Assembly: GCA_036679065.1 (NCBI GenBank)
Contig: JAZIGN010000003.1
Coordinates: forward strand, 384,001 to 448,000
Reading direction: 5' to 3'
Source of the DNA: Coprothermobacterota bacterium
GTDB taxonomy: Bacteria > Coprothermobacterota > Coprothermobacteria > Coprothermobacterales > Coprothermobacteraceae
Length of the DNA: 64,000 nt
Shown: piece after piece, positions 18,068 to 28,407 of the stretch
How positions within the stretch are numbered: position 1 is the stretch's first letter
How the letters are laid out: each line of letters begins with the position of its first letter
The notes under the pieces: model-generated
The model's input: only the letters and a program-made list of their open reading frames with translations
Databases searched by the model: none
What the model was told of the DNA's origin: nothing
Position numbers and translations under genes: made by a program

Positions 18068-20623
18068 GTGTTACTTAACAAAGATTTCCTGGAACGAGGT
18101 TTAAGTAGCGAAGAAGTTGCTGAGGCGCAGAAAAAATACGGGCCTAACAAACTTCCTGAGGCAAAAAAGGAAACGCTACTGCAACAATTTATCGACCAAT
18201 TCAAGAGCTTCCTGATTATCGTGCTTATAGCGGCCGCTGTTATTTCTGCGTTCTTCGGTGAACTCATTGATACGCTCGCCATTATCGCTGTGGTGTTGCT
18301 GAATGCCATTTTGGGGGTGACCCAGCAAAGACGTGCCGAGGCTGCTTTAGAGGCAGTTAAGAAACTGGCAAACCCCACTACAAAAGTCATACGTGACGGG
18401 AAACTTCAAGTCATTGATTCTGAGGAAGTTACAGTAGGCGATTTGGTGGTGTTAGAAGCCGGTGATAAGGTAAGCTGCGACGGCATCATTCTAGAAGAAC
18501 GTTCCCTTTATTTGGATGAATCAACTCTAACTGGTGAATCAGTATCGGTAAAGAAGGATGCGGTAGATCCCAGTAGCGACAAACCCACTGAAAAGAATAT
18601 GGTATTCATGGGAACCGCAGTCACAAAAGGCAGAGCAAAGGTCTTGGTTACCGCAATAGGCGCCGAGACTGAGCTTGGAAAGATAGCAACAAAAATACGA
18701 GAGGTTAAAAAGGAGAAAACACCACTGGAGCGGCAACTGGATACGTTGGGACGCTTGCTTGGTGTGCTGTTCTTAATTGTTTCAGCCGTGGTCTTTGCAA
18801 TGGGCGTTTTCCTTCAGGGAGCCTCCGTAACGGACATGCTACTCACCGCTATAAGTTTGGCAGTAGCAGCTATTCCAGAAGGATTACCGGCAGTAGTAAC
18901 CATTGTTTTGGCTCTTGGTGTGGCAGATATGGCTGAAAGAAACGCAGTAGTACGAAACCTCCCAGCTGTGGAGACTCTAGGAGCGGTGACACACATTTGC
19001 ACCGATAAAACGGGAACCTTGACGCAAAACAGGATGACCTTGGTAGGAGCATGGTTTTCCGATAAGTATGTAGAAGAGGAACAAGTCAGCCAGCAGGCAC
19101 TGGAAGAGGAGCTCCTTCGTGCCATGATTCTCTGCAACGATGCCACAAACAGTGCTGGCGACCCCACAGAAATCGCATTAATAAGCTTCTTGGACGAAGG
19201 GCTCGTAGAAGATGTTAGAAACAAACTACCACGTGTGCATGAGATTCCGTTCACTTCAGAAACCAAACGCATGACCACAGTGCATCAAGTTGACGGCCGC
19301 TTCCTAGTGGTATCTAAAGGCGCCATTGAAGTGATTTTGTCATTGTGCAACAGCGAGCTCCTAGATGGTGAGGTCAAACCACTGCCAAAAGAAAGAAAGA
19401 GACTTATTTTACAACAATCTGAGGAGTTAGCTTCTCAGGGCTTGAGAATACTGGGGTTTGCTCAGAAAGTCATTGAAGGCTCCTTGCCCAAAGAAGACTC
19501 AGAAATAGAGAAGGATCTTACCTTCTTGGGATTTGTAGCTATGAAGGACCCACTTCGACCTGAAGTTAAAGATGCTGTAGACAAATGCCGTGAGGCAGGT
19601 ATTAGACCAATAATGATTACTGGAGACCATCCAGTAACCGCATATGCCATTGCTAGGGAATTGGATTTCCCTGAAGGCAAAGTAATCACTTCTGCTGAAC
19701 TTGCTACCATGAGTGATGAAGAGCTTCAGCAGACAGTGCAGGATATTAGCATATTTGCCAGGATTAATCCTTTGGACAAACTCAGAATTGTGGAAGCTTT
19801 GCAAAAAAGGGACGAAGTGGTAGCCATGACTGGAGACGGCGTTAACGACGCTCCCGCACTGAAGAAAGCGGATATTGGCGTAAGCATGGGTAAGTCAGGC
19901 ACCGAAGTAGCGAAAGAGGCCAGTGACATGGTTCTCATGGATGATAACTTTGCCACTCTCGTAGATGCAGTATTTGAAGGGCGTACCATTTACGAAAACA
20001 TGCGTAAGTTCATTGTTTACCTACTGTCCTGCAATGTAGGAGAAGTGCTTATCATGTTCACTGCCATTCTGCTTGGTTTTCCTCCTCCGCTTATACCACT
20101 ACAACTACTTTGGTTGAACTTGGTCACTGATAGTTTCCCGGCATTAGCACTGGGGATGGAACCGGGGGAACCACACCTTATGCGTGCCAAGCCCAGAGGA
20201 CATAAGGAACCTATACTTACAAGGTATCACTATGGGATTATTGCGGTGCAAAGTATTGCTATTACTGCAGCTACTCTGATCGGTTTTGTAATTGGCCTAA
20301 ATAGGGTAGGCAGTGTGGAAGAAGCACGTACGATTGCTTACATGGTACTAGTTCTATCAGAACTTATAAGAGCTTTTTCTGCTCGCTCCTTCGAAGGTTA
20401 TGTTTTCAAGATGGGGCTGTTCTCTAACCGGTTCTTGGCGTACTCTACGTTGATAGGCATTGCACTCATGCTTGTTACGGTTTACGTACCACCCATAGCT
20501 GCTGTTTTCAAAAACGTTCCACCCACATCGACAGAATTTGCTTACATCATTGTGTTGGCTCTGGTACCTTTTACCATCTCTGAGATTGCAAAGATATTTA
20601 GGAAGAACGAAATGGGGCTATGA
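18068..20623 (+). CDS. Cation-translocating P-type ATPase (type IIA, Ca2+-like)
   Basis: LTGES, AIPEGLP, DKTGTLT, MITGDH, TGDGVNDAPALK, WLNLVTD. Confidence 0.92.
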   Translation: MLLNKDFLERGLSSEEVAEAQKKYGPNKLPEAKKETLLQQFIDQFKSFLIIVLIAAAVISAFFGELIDTLAIIAVVLLNAILGVTQQRRAEAALEAVKKLANPTTKVIRDGKLQVIDSEEVTVGDLVVLEAGDKVSCDGIILEERSLYLDESTLTGESVSVKKDAVDPSSDKPTEKNMVFMGTAVTKGRAKVLVTAIGAETELGKIATKIREVKKEKTPLERQLDTLGRLLGVLFLIVSAVVFAMGVFLQGASVTDMLLTAISLAVAAIPEGLPAVVTIVLALGVADMAERNAVVRNLPAVETLGAVTHICTDKTGTLTQNRMTLVGAWFSDKYVEEEQVSQQALEEELLRAMILCNDATNSAGDPTEIALISFLDEGLVEDVRNKLPRVHEIPFTSETKRMTTVHQVDGRFLVVSKGAIEVILSLCNSELLDGEVKPLPKERKRLILQQSEELASQGLRILGFAQKVIEGSLPKEDSEIEKDLTFLGFVAMKDPLRPEVKDAVDKCREAGIRPIMITGDHPVTAYAIARELDFPEGKVITSAELATMSDEELQQTVQDISIFARINPLDKLRIVEALQKRDEVVAMTGDGVNDAPALKKADIGVSMGKSGTEVAKEASDMVLMDDNFATLVDAVFEGRTIYENMRKFIVYLLSCNVGEVLIMFTAILLGFPPPLIPLQLLWLNLVTDSFPALALGMEPGEPHLMRAKPRGHKEPILTRYHYGIIAVQSIAITAATLIGFVIGLNRVGSVEEARTIAYMVLVLSELIRAFSARSFEGYVFKMGLFSNRFLAYSTLIGIALMLVTVYVPPIAAVFKNVPPTSTEFAYIIVLALVPFTISEIAKIFRKNEMGL

Positions 20624-20641
20624 AGCAGCTATAAATACTTG

Positions 20642-20679
20642 AAAAGGGGCTGGCAATGTTTTTGCCAGCCCCTTTTTTG
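20642..20679. terminator. Bidirectional terminator between convergent genes
   Basis: AAAAGGGGCTGGCAA...TTGCCAGCCCCTTTTTT. Confidence 0.85.
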
Positions 20680-20735
20680 TCTGGTGCGAGCTCATTTCTT
20701 ACGAATTTAAGAAGTTTTTGATAGGCTTTGGACCA

Positions 20736-21866
20736 TTATGCTTCCAGGAAGGCATTTAGCGCCTGACCTTTATCCACTTTAACGCCTAGTTCTTGACATA
20801 CTTCCAACATTCTCTTAAGAGCTACAAGCAGTTCATCTTCAGTTACGCTGCCCATGTGTCCCATACGGAACGCTTTGCCCTGAAGTTCTGCTAACGCTGA
20901 AGCCACGATTACTCCTTTAACGGCAAGCTTACTTCTAAAAGCAGCATCTTCTATGCCATCGGGGTACTTGAATACTGAGAGTGTGGGTGCTGGGTGTTTA
21001 CTAACCAGTTCAAAACCCACGGTAGTGAGAGCAGCTCTGACTTTAGCCGCCATGCGAGTGTGTTTTTCATAATAAGCCGGAAGCCCGAATTCTGTAATGA
21101 TGCTAAGACTTTTCTCCAATGCGTAAACCATGTTCACTGCTGGCGTGGCAAAGTACTTATGTGGATCTTCCATGACAGGCATCCACCGGAGAATGTCGCC
21201 GTAGTAGGTTCTAACTTTTGCCATAGATTTTCTTTTTTCAATGGCTCGCTCAGAGAAAGCAAGTAAGGTTAAACCAGGAGGTACAGCTAAAGCTTTTTGC
21301 GATCCTGTGAAAATGACATCAATACCCCACTTATCAAACTTCTGTTCAACTCCACCGGTGGCGCAAACGCCATCCACCACGATGATGGTTTCTGGGCTAA
21401 CCTCATGAACCATGTTGGCAATTGTTTCTACATCGGCTAATGTTCCAGTAGAAGTGTCCACATGCGTTATGGTGATTGCGTGGAAATGGTGTTTTCTAAG
21501 AGTACTCTCGATGCTAGTCAAGGGCACTGTTTCGCCTGCAGGAGCTTTTAAAACCTCCACGTTTACACCGAGAGTTTTCCCAATGTCAACAAAACGATCG
21601 CCAAAGAATCCATGAGACAAGACCAATAGGTTTTCTCCTTCATTCAATATGTTGGTAAGAGCCATTTCCATACCTAGGGTACCAGATCCTGCAATGATGA
21701 AAGGGAATCCTTTTTCGGCACCGAATAGTTTTCTTGTTTTGTCTAGAGCACTTGTCATGATGCTTGCAAAACGGTCATCAGTATGAGCAATGGTTTCCTT
21801 GGACAGTGCACTAAGAACCTCTTCACTTACCGGAGTCGGACCTGGAATCAAAAGTAATTCTTTCAT
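20736..21866 (-). CDS. Class V PLP aminotransferase (alanine/serine-glyoxylate type)
   Basis: LLIPGPTP, GSGTLGME, HVDTSTG, VDGV, GSQKAL (PLP Lys), FRMGHMG. Confidence 0.9.
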   Translation of the reverse strand: MKELLLIPGPTPVSEEVLSALSKETIAHTDDRFASIMTSALDKTRKLFGAEKGFPFIIAGSGTLGMEMALTNILNEGENLLVLSHGFFGDRFVDIGKTLGVNVEVLKAPAGETVPLTSIESTLRKHHFHAITITHVDTSTGTLADVETIANMVHEVSPETIIVVDGVCATGGVEQKFDKWGIDVIFTGSQKALAVPPGLTLLAFSERAIEKRKSMAKVRTYYGDILRWMPVMEDPHKYFATPAVNMVYALEKSLSIITEFGLPAYYEKHTRMAAKVRAALTTVGFELVSKHPAPTLSVFKYPDGIEDAAFRSKLAVKGVIVASALAELQGKAFRMGHMGSVTEDELLVALKRMLEVCQELGVKVDKGQALNAFLEA

Positions 21867-21880
21867 ATTATTGACACCTC

Positions 21881-22360
21881 CTATCTCCTATCGAAAAAAG
21901 GATTCTTGCCACTAATACTTAGCGGGATACCATAGGCAATTTTTACATCTTCTCCCAAAATCCCTATGTTTAGGGCCGCTTTTCCCACAGAGTACATAAC
22001 ACGGTTGTCTACCCGGAGGTCGGCAGCAACGGACACAGCTGAACCTATGGCAATGCCAAGGTCTACGGCCGAAGATGTGTAACTTTCTACGCTCTCATCG
22101 GGGTTTTTTAGTTTGGTCCCTATGAGGACAACCACTTTTCCTTCAATGTTTTCTGCATCTCTGATAAAGTACTGAAAATGATTTTCTTCGCCATATCGCT
22201 TCATTTCTTCTTGCAAAGACTTTAGCTCTTCACCGCTCAGTATAGCGGTAACCAAGAAATCTTTTCCGTTCGCTTTGGGAGCAGTTCTGGCAGCAATGCA
22301 CATCCTCTTTGCTACCTCAATTAGGACATTCTGTTCCAGTTCCGGATTTAAACTCGCCAT
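21881..22360 (-). CDS. DUF2148-like ('ferredoxin domain-containing') protein without the Cys cluster
   Basis: AARTAPK, FIRDAEN, DLGIAIGSAV, VDNRVMYSVG, GIPLSISGKNPFFDR. Confidence 0.75.
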   Translation of the reverse strand: MASLNPELEQNVLIEVAKRMCIAARTAPKANGKDFLVTAILSGEELKSLQEEMKRYGEENHFQYFIRDAENIEGKVVVLIGTKLKNPDESVESYTSSAVDLGIAIGSAVSVAADLRVDNRVMYSVGKAALNIGILGEDVKIAYGIPLSISGKNPFFDRR

Positions 22361-22444
22361 GTTGCACATTCCCCCTTTCTTTTTGTCCACGTTCTTTACT
22401 AAACACCCAAAAAAGCAAGAATGAGTTACTACTCCTATTCCATT

Positions 22445-23737
22445 TTATGAAATAGGGGACGATTTTGATATTTCAGTGCGAAAAGAATGATAACGTTTTT
22501 CTGCCAAGGTTTGGGCTGCCACTCTTATGGCATTTACTTCTTCTAAGTTGTCTATGAGAATGGAAACCACATGGGGATCTAAAGCCGATTTGGTCATCTT
22601 GTCTAAAAGTTCCAGAGCGCTTTCTGAAGGCATACCTTTTCTGTATGGTCTATCCTCCATAATCGCAGTGAAAACGTCAGCAACAGCCATGATTCTTGAA
22701 CCCAAGGGAAGGTCCACAGCTGTCAGGTGGAAAGGATAGCCTGTGCCATCAAGTCTTTCGTGGTGCAAAGAAGCCCAAGTATTTATGGTCTCAAACCCGT
22801 GAATGTCTTCGAGTGTGTGGTAGGTGTGGTAGACATGGCTTTTCATAATGCGTTTTTCGGTTTCGTCTAATTCGCTAGGCTTTTCAAGGATATTGCCGGG
22901 TATAGCAAGCTTGCCAATGTCATGCAAGTATCCTGCAACTTGTATGAGCTGGCATTCATTTGCAGAAAAACCGGCTAGACGAGCTAGCGCACCAGCTGTT
23001 GCGGCAACGCCACTAGAATGCTGAGCTGTGAATGGACTTCTGAAATCAATAATCTGTGCAAAAACCTCGGCTAGCATTACCAGGTCTCTCATGTTTAGCC
23101 AGATATTGAGTGGTTCAAGTTTACGTTGTACAATGCGTCCGAAGTATGAAGACGAAGCATCCAGCCAAAAATACTCCATTCTTGACAAAGACAAGAACGC
23201 TTTAACCACATCTGGATGAAACATGATTCCCGAGTAGTCAGCAACTTTTTCGGTTATCGTTTGTATTTGTCCTAGCACGTCTTTTCTTCTATCGATGGAG
23301 ATCGCTATTCTGTCAGCCAAGTTTATGATGTGACTCCCCAGAGGTACATCGATGTCATTGGCCCTCTTTCCCTTGCCATTGTTCCAGGGCAAATGGTGAA
23401 AACGAATCATGTTTGCTGCTTCTTTTAGTGGTTCTAGTTTCCGTAGCAGAGCGTATCCGATGAGTTCGTGGTTGTATGTTTCCCTTACTTCGAAGCTTTG
23501 TTCAGCAAACTTCAGCCTGCTTTCTAGGGATAAAAAACCGATATCATGAAGTTCGCCAGCCAGTGCTATCTGACACTGTTCTTGACTTGAAAGCCTGAGC
23601 TCTTCTGCAATGGCAAGCGCAATGTAGGCAACCTGCTCTTGATGAGTGGTCAAGATGGGGTCCGATAAGTCAGTCACCTCTGCTAAAGCTGAAACAGGTT
23701 CTATAAGCGAGATCACAAAGTCGTTATTGTAAGCCAT
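22445..23737 (-). CDS. Tandem HD / HD-GYP phosphohydrolase
   Basis: N-terminal LHDIG...HH...LADR; C-terminal LHDIGK...HHERLDGTGYP...VADVFTA...RPYR. Confidence 0.88.
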   Translation of the reverse strand: MAYNNDFVISLIEPVSALAEVTDLSDPILTTHQEQVAYIALAIAEELRLSSQEQCQIALAGELHDIGFLSLESRLKFAEQSFEVRETYNHELIGYALLRKLEPLKEAANMIRFHHLPWNNGKGKRANDIDVPLGSHIINLADRIAISIDRRKDVLGQIQTITEKVADYSGIMFHPDVVKAFLSLSRMEYFWLDASSSYFGRIVQRKLEPLNIWLNMRDLVMLAEVFAQIIDFRSPFTAQHSSGVAATAGALARLAGFSANECQLIQVAGYLHDIGKLAIPGNILEKPSELDETEKRIMKSHVYHTYHTLEDIHGFETINTWASLHHERLDGTGYPFHLTAVDLPLGSRIMAVADVFTAIMEDRPYRKGMPSESALELLDKMTKSALDPHVVSILIDNLEEVNAIRVAAQTLAEKRYHSFRTEISKSSPIS

Positions 23738-23861
23738 ATCGTGTTTTGCACTTCAGCTTTCTTGTCATTTGTGCGCTTTTGGTTTTATGAACAGCCATGA
23801 TCCACATTAGTTGTATTTTACTTCTACTCACTCTGAAAAACAGCAGATTTGTCAAAACAGC

Positions 23862-25436
23862 CTAGTCCAATCTCAGTAGTTCGTTTCTTTGTGCAGTTAA
23901 TACCGTAGTTAGGCCTTGGAATTGTTGGAAGAAATCCAACTTCTCTGTGTGTACGGGTATGAGGTATTTAGGCTTTATGGTCTCAACCATTTCTTTTAGC
24001 CCCTGAGCGTGTATGTGGCCACTTGCATGAAATGGATCTCGTCCATCCTTTTCACCTGAGGCTTGGCCAAGACGTCCGTAAATGCGAAAACCGAACAGAT
24101 CGATCCAGTTCTTTATCTTTTCGTGATCCATAGCCATCTCCTCGTTGAAAGGTTCGCTGGAAGAGTAAATGTAGGAACCTTCATGAACATCAATATCCAG
24201 AAGGTTTGCAAAGTCATAGTATGAAAAACACAATATGTAATCGTCAGGGCGTGAGTGAATTTTTTTGGCGTCCACGGTTTTTTCCTCAGGCACCATGGAA
24301 CGGATATGCTTCTCCCAGCCACTGATGCTAGCCTTAGGAGCCACGTACATAAGTACCGATGGATCGCTAACTGGATGAGGGAGCTCAGCCGAGGCATAAC
24401 TCAAGTATTCCAGTAGGAGGATATCTTTTGGTGTGAGCACCAAGTAACGTTTAGTTTCAGCGGCAATTTTCAGGAAAGACAATAGTCTTTCTACGTTTCT
24501 TGCCCCAAAATCGGCAATAACCAATCCTTGAGTGCTTGCCACTACTTCAAGTGAACGCTGCATTACCTGTTCTTCAGTAACGGGATTTGTTTCTTCAGGG
24601 TGGGTCCCTTCCGTTATGAGAACTAAAGGGTGCAACTGAGCTGCTTCTTTGAAGAACGTTCTGGTCAGATGGCCCTTGGTCCCATGTAGCCTTAAATCCC
24701 CAGTGTAAACTATCCAACCTGCCGAGGTTTCAATAGCATACGCCATGGCTCCCGGTATGGAATGGTCAACAGGCCAGGCCTTAATGTTGTAAGAAGCCAG
24801 TTGACAGGAGTTTTCCGAGTAGGATGGAGATACAGAGAGGTAAGGGTTTTTTGTGTAGTTGCAGTTCCATACATTATTGCTAAAGCCGTCAGTATCTGGC
24901 GGTGTTTGAAGAAGATGAAAAGGCCTGGGCTGCAAACAACCCTTTTTCTCTTTTTTGAGTATGCCAGTGTCTGTGGGTTCTCTGGTGGCCACGGCAACAA
25001 GTTCTGAATAGAGCTGTGAGTTGGTATCTTGCAAAGATTTCAAGAGTGCAGCTGAAACTGACGAAGTTACTACGGGCAGGTCTTCGCGAAGATAAGGTAG
25101 ATAACCTACATGATCCAGGTGAGCGTGACTAACTAACAATCCTCCAACAGGTTTTAGGCCATCTTGTTTCTCATATGGCGACTCAAAAGCTGCTGGAATT
25201 AAGTCTTTTCTGTACAAATCCAGGGCAGGTGGTAGCAATCCCATACGAAGCAGATCATAAATTCCAAAGCCACTACGCGGTTTAAGGAATTCATCAAAGT
25301 ATTTGTTTTCCTCTCCAAAGTTCTTGCCGAAGTCCATGAGCAATGCTTGATCTTTTGTCTCATCTTGGAGAAGAATTTTGTTGCCACCAATGCAGCCCAC
25401 ACCATCCCAAAAAAGCAAATTGACCACTCTTATCAC
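23862..25436 (-). CDS. Beta-CASP metallo-beta-lactamase-fold nuclease (RNase J-like)
   Basis: IGGNKI, DFG, SHAHLDH, VDHSIPGA, YTGDLR, HASGH, PVHTE. Confidence 0.75.
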   Translation of the reverse strand: MIRVVNLLFWDGVGCIGGNKILLQDETKDQALLMDFGKNFGEENKYFDEFLKPRSGFGIYDLLRMGLLPPALDLYRKDLIPAAFESPYEKQDGLKPVGGLLVSHAHLDHVGYLPYLREDLPVVTSSVSAALLKSLQDTNSQLYSELVAVATREPTDTGILKKEKKGCLQPRPFHLLQTPPDTDGFSNNVWNCNYTKNPYLSVSPSYSENSCQLASYNIKAWPVDHSIPGAMAYAIETSAGWIVYTGDLRLHGTKGHLTRTFFKEAAQLHPLVLITEGTHPEETNPVTEEQVMQRSLEVVASTQGLVIADFGARNVERLLSFLKIAAETKRYLVLTPKDILLLEYLSYASAELPHPVSDPSVLMYVAPKASISGWEKHIRSMVPEEKTVDAKKIHSRPDDYILCFSYYDFANLLDIDVHEGSYIYSSSEPFNEEMAMDHEKIKNWIDLFGFRIYGRLGQASGEKDGRDPFHASGHIHAQGLKEMVETIKPKYLIPVHTEKLDFFQQFQGLTTVLTAQRNELLRLD

Positions 25437-25979
25437 CTAACTTGTGATCACAAAAGGCAATCCATGTCCCGGATACACGGTCATGCCTGGCACAAGTATT
25501 TCCTGAAGCCTTTTTAGAGATTGCTGCATCTGAAAATCGTCTCCTCCAGGATAGTCTGTTCTTCCATAGGAAAACTGGAATAACGTGTCCCCGGTTAGTA
25601 TGAATCCGTCTCCAAGAAGACAAATGCTCCCAGCAGTGTGTCCTGGGGTATGTATCACTTGAAGCGTTTCTTCTGCCAAAGAGATTTCATCACCTTCCGT
25701 TAGGGTTTGATCGGGGGTTGTGTTATCAAGGAAAGGCACATCATCTTTATGGATGAGAAAGGGCGCGCTTACGCTCTCTTTGAGTTCTTTTAGAGCCCCA
25801 ACGTGATCAAAGTGGTAATGGGTTGCTATTATGAATTTTACTTGGCCATCAAGCTTTGCTAGTTGTTCTAGTATTTTCTCCGGGTCTCCCCCAGGGTCAA
25901 CCACTGTGATGTCAGTACCTGATTTTAGTATGTAGCAGTTACTTTTAAGTGGCGTTACCGTTACCCTGTGTAACTCCAT
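25437..25979 (-). CDS. MBL-fold metallo-hydrolase (glyoxalase II-like)
   Basis: NCYIL, VDPG, THYHFDHVG, TPGHT, TGDTLF, PGHG. Confidence 0.85.
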   Translation of the reverse strand: MELHRVTVTPLKSNCYILKSGTDITVVDPGGDPEKILEQLAKLDGQVKFIIATHYHFDHVGALKELKESVSAPFLIHKDDVPFLDNTTPDQTLTEGDEISLAEETLQVIHTPGHTAGSICLLGDGFILTGDTLFQFSYGRTDYPGGDDFQMQQSLKRLQEILVPGMTVYPGHGLPFVITS

Positions 25980-26139
25980 TGGCTTCACACTCCTTATCTG
26001 TTCGGATTCAATACTGTAACATCTTTGAGCATATTATAGAAGTTCACTCAAGAAATAGTTGGTTTTATTATTGTTATTATGAAGTTCTTGCTTTACGTAG
26101 CGAAGTCATATATGAAGCAAGAAAGGGAGGCTATTTGTA

Positions 26140-27297
26140 ATGGAGTTGGAATTCCTTAAAGGTTTGAACAAAGACATTGTCAGATACCGGCGTGATCTGC
26201 ATCGGATACCGGAGGTTGGACTAGAACTTCCTAAGACGATAGCATACGTGGAAAAAACGTTGATTGAACTTGGTTTTAATCCCAAACCGTGTGGTCATGG
26301 GCTGATCTGCGATGTGGGTCATGGGGAAAAGTGTTTAGCCATTAGAGCAGATATGGATGCTCTGCCTGTTGAGGAGCTGACGAATTTGGATTATGCTTCA
26401 GAGCATCCGGGATACATGCATGCTTGTGGCCACGACGCTCACACAGCCGTATTGCTGGGAGTGGCTAAGTATTTCAGTGTGTATGAGCCACCATGTCGTA
26501 TTCGGCTTCTGTTTCAGCCAGGAGAGGAAGGTTACTTTGGTGCGGTGGACATGATCGAACATGATGCTATGGAGGGCGTGCATGCCGCCATTGGTGGACA
26601 TGTTGGTCCAGTGTTTGAAGAGGTGCCCACTGGCACATTCATGATTAAGAAGGGAACTGCCTCGGCAGCCACTGACAATTTTGAGGTGGTTTTTAAGGGA
26701 ACGGGTACTCATGGTTCTCAGCCACACAAAGGCAAAGATCCTTTCATGGCCGCTGCAACTTTTATCCTAACTACGCAGGTTCTAAAAAGTAGAGAAAGTG
26801 ATCCAAATAACCCAACGGTCATATCCATAGGAAGTGTCCATGGTGGCACGGCGAACAACATCATTCCTGAGGAAGTGTTCCTTACAGGCACAGTAAGGAC
26901 AGTAGTAAACGATGACCGAAGCCACTTTTCAAAAAGATTGGATGAAATAGCTCATGGTCTGGCAGAAGCCTATGGAGTGGAAGCTGATTTTACCTATAAT
27001 TTTGGCTATATACCAATGATTAATGATGCAGAAATGACTGACCTCATGGTCGAAGCCATTGGAAAGTATTTAGGTAAGAGCCACGTTGTTCTAACAGAAA
27101 AAGCAAACATGGGTGGGGAAGACATGGCTTACTTCTTGGAAAAGGTGCCTGGGGTTTTCTACTTCTTCAATACGAACAATCCGGAAAAGGGCATTACTGC
27201 ACCTAACCATAGTCCTTATTTCAACATTGATGAAGATGTGTTGTGGATGATGGCAGCGGCTGACATAGCTTTTAGTGAGGAATTTGCAGAATCCTAG
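26140..27297 (+). CDS. M20 family amidohydrolase
   Basis: RRDLHRIPE, RADMDALP, MHACGHDAH, FQPGEEG, GGEDM, HSP. Confidence 0.9.
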   Translation: MELEFLKGLNKDIVRYRRDLHRIPEVGLELPKTIAYVEKTLIELGFNPKPCGHGLICDVGHGEKCLAIRADMDALPVEELTNLDYASEHPGYMHACGHDAHTAVLLGVAKYFSVYEPPCRIRLLFQPGEEGYFGAVDMIEHDAMEGVHAAIGGHVGPVFEEVPTGTFMIKKGTASAATDNFEVVFKGTGTHGSQPHKGKDPFMAAATFILTTQVLKSRESDPNNPTVISIGSVHGGTANNIIPEEVFLTGTVRTVVNDDRSHFSKRLDEIAHGLAEAYGVEADFTYNFGYIPMINDAEMTDLMVEAIGKYLGKSHVVLTEKANMGGEDMAYFLEKVPGVFYFFNTNNPEKGITAPNHSPYFNIDEDVLWMMAAADIAFSEEFAES

Positions 27298-28155
27298 TTA
27301 ATAGTTGCTTTTCTTAGCTGAAGATGGCAAACGCTCATACTTGATGTGGTGATGTGCAAATACTTCTGAGCTACGGTCGAAAGACAGCAAGAAATCTTTT
27401 AGGGTGTAAAGTTGGGACTTATATAGCAAAATAGCTTGGTATTTTCGCTTTATTTCATCTGTGGTCAGTTTTAGCCTAGTCCAGTTTTCAGCTTCTTCCA
27501 ATGGAGGCAGCGGCATGTCTAGATCCTGATAGAGTCCCTTCGGGACTGGCCACTGGGGGAAATGTACTAAGTAGTTTAGAAGGACAGCTTCAATTCGGCT
27601 TCTTGTAACAATTTGATTTATCAAGCGGTTCGTCGCTTTATGATCATCGTGAGTGTCTTTTTCATGTGGATAAATGATGTGGGTGGGCTTAAAGCTCTTT
27701 ATTATTGTCTGCATTGCCCTATACAGGTTTTCACCTGTGTACGCTACATCCGGATTATATACACCTGATTTATATGGACAATAAGTTGTGCCTATTCCGC
27801 CAATGTTGCATGGTCTCTCCCAATACTCGTCTAGAAGGAATTTCAAGCTGCCATCAGCAAAACCAAGAAAGATGATATTCTGCGGTTGTACGCCCAGATA
27901 AGTAAGTGCACTTATGCTTTCTCTTTGCCGAGTTAAACCCAGTTGGTAGTAGGTCTTCGCAGTGGGAACTTGTCCTTGAGCTAATACTCTTGCAACTCTT
28001 TGATAGGCGTCGCCGTTAGTGATTACTACTACACCTACGTCAATACCGAGTTTACAAGCTCTGGTGATTAATCCACCAGCTGCTATTACCTCATCATCAG
28101 GATGAGGAGCTACTACCAAAATTCTGAAGTCTCCTGAACGTTCTTCTAGTAACAT
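27298..28155 (-). CDS. PIG-L/LmbE family deacetylase
   Basis: APHPDDE, TNGD, RQRE, LGFADG, DTHDDH, YKSQ. Confidence 0.85.
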   Translation of the reverse strand: MLLEERSGDFRILVVAPHPDDEVIAAGGLITRACKLGIDVGVVVITNGDAYQRVARVLAQGQVPTAKTYYQLGLTRQRESISALTYLGVQPQNIIFLGFADGSLKFLLDEYWERPCNIGGIGTTYCPYKSGVYNPDVAYTGENLYRAMQTIIKSFKPTHIIYPHEKDTHDDHKATNRLINQIVTRSRIEAVLLNYLVHFPQWPVPKGLYQDLDMPLPPLEEAENWTRLKLTTDEIKRKYQAILLYKSQLYTLKDFLLSFDRSSEVFAHHHIKYERLPSSAKKSNY

Positions 28156-28407
28156 ACCAAACGTTCTTTGCTAGTTTTAAAGTTATGCGTTTTAAAATGC
28201 GTATATGCCATTTCTAGCTATTTTATTATTGTAGCACTGTTTTACTCATCTGTTATGAAATGTTTCCGTACTGTTGTTAACATTCTTTGACTGGGCTATG
28301 ATGTACTTGGGGTGTTTAGTAATACAATAGAAATGTAGAGTAGACTGAACTGAAATGGTATTAGATAACTGCATGACTAACTACTTTGTTTGAGTGAGGT
28401 GGTTTTA

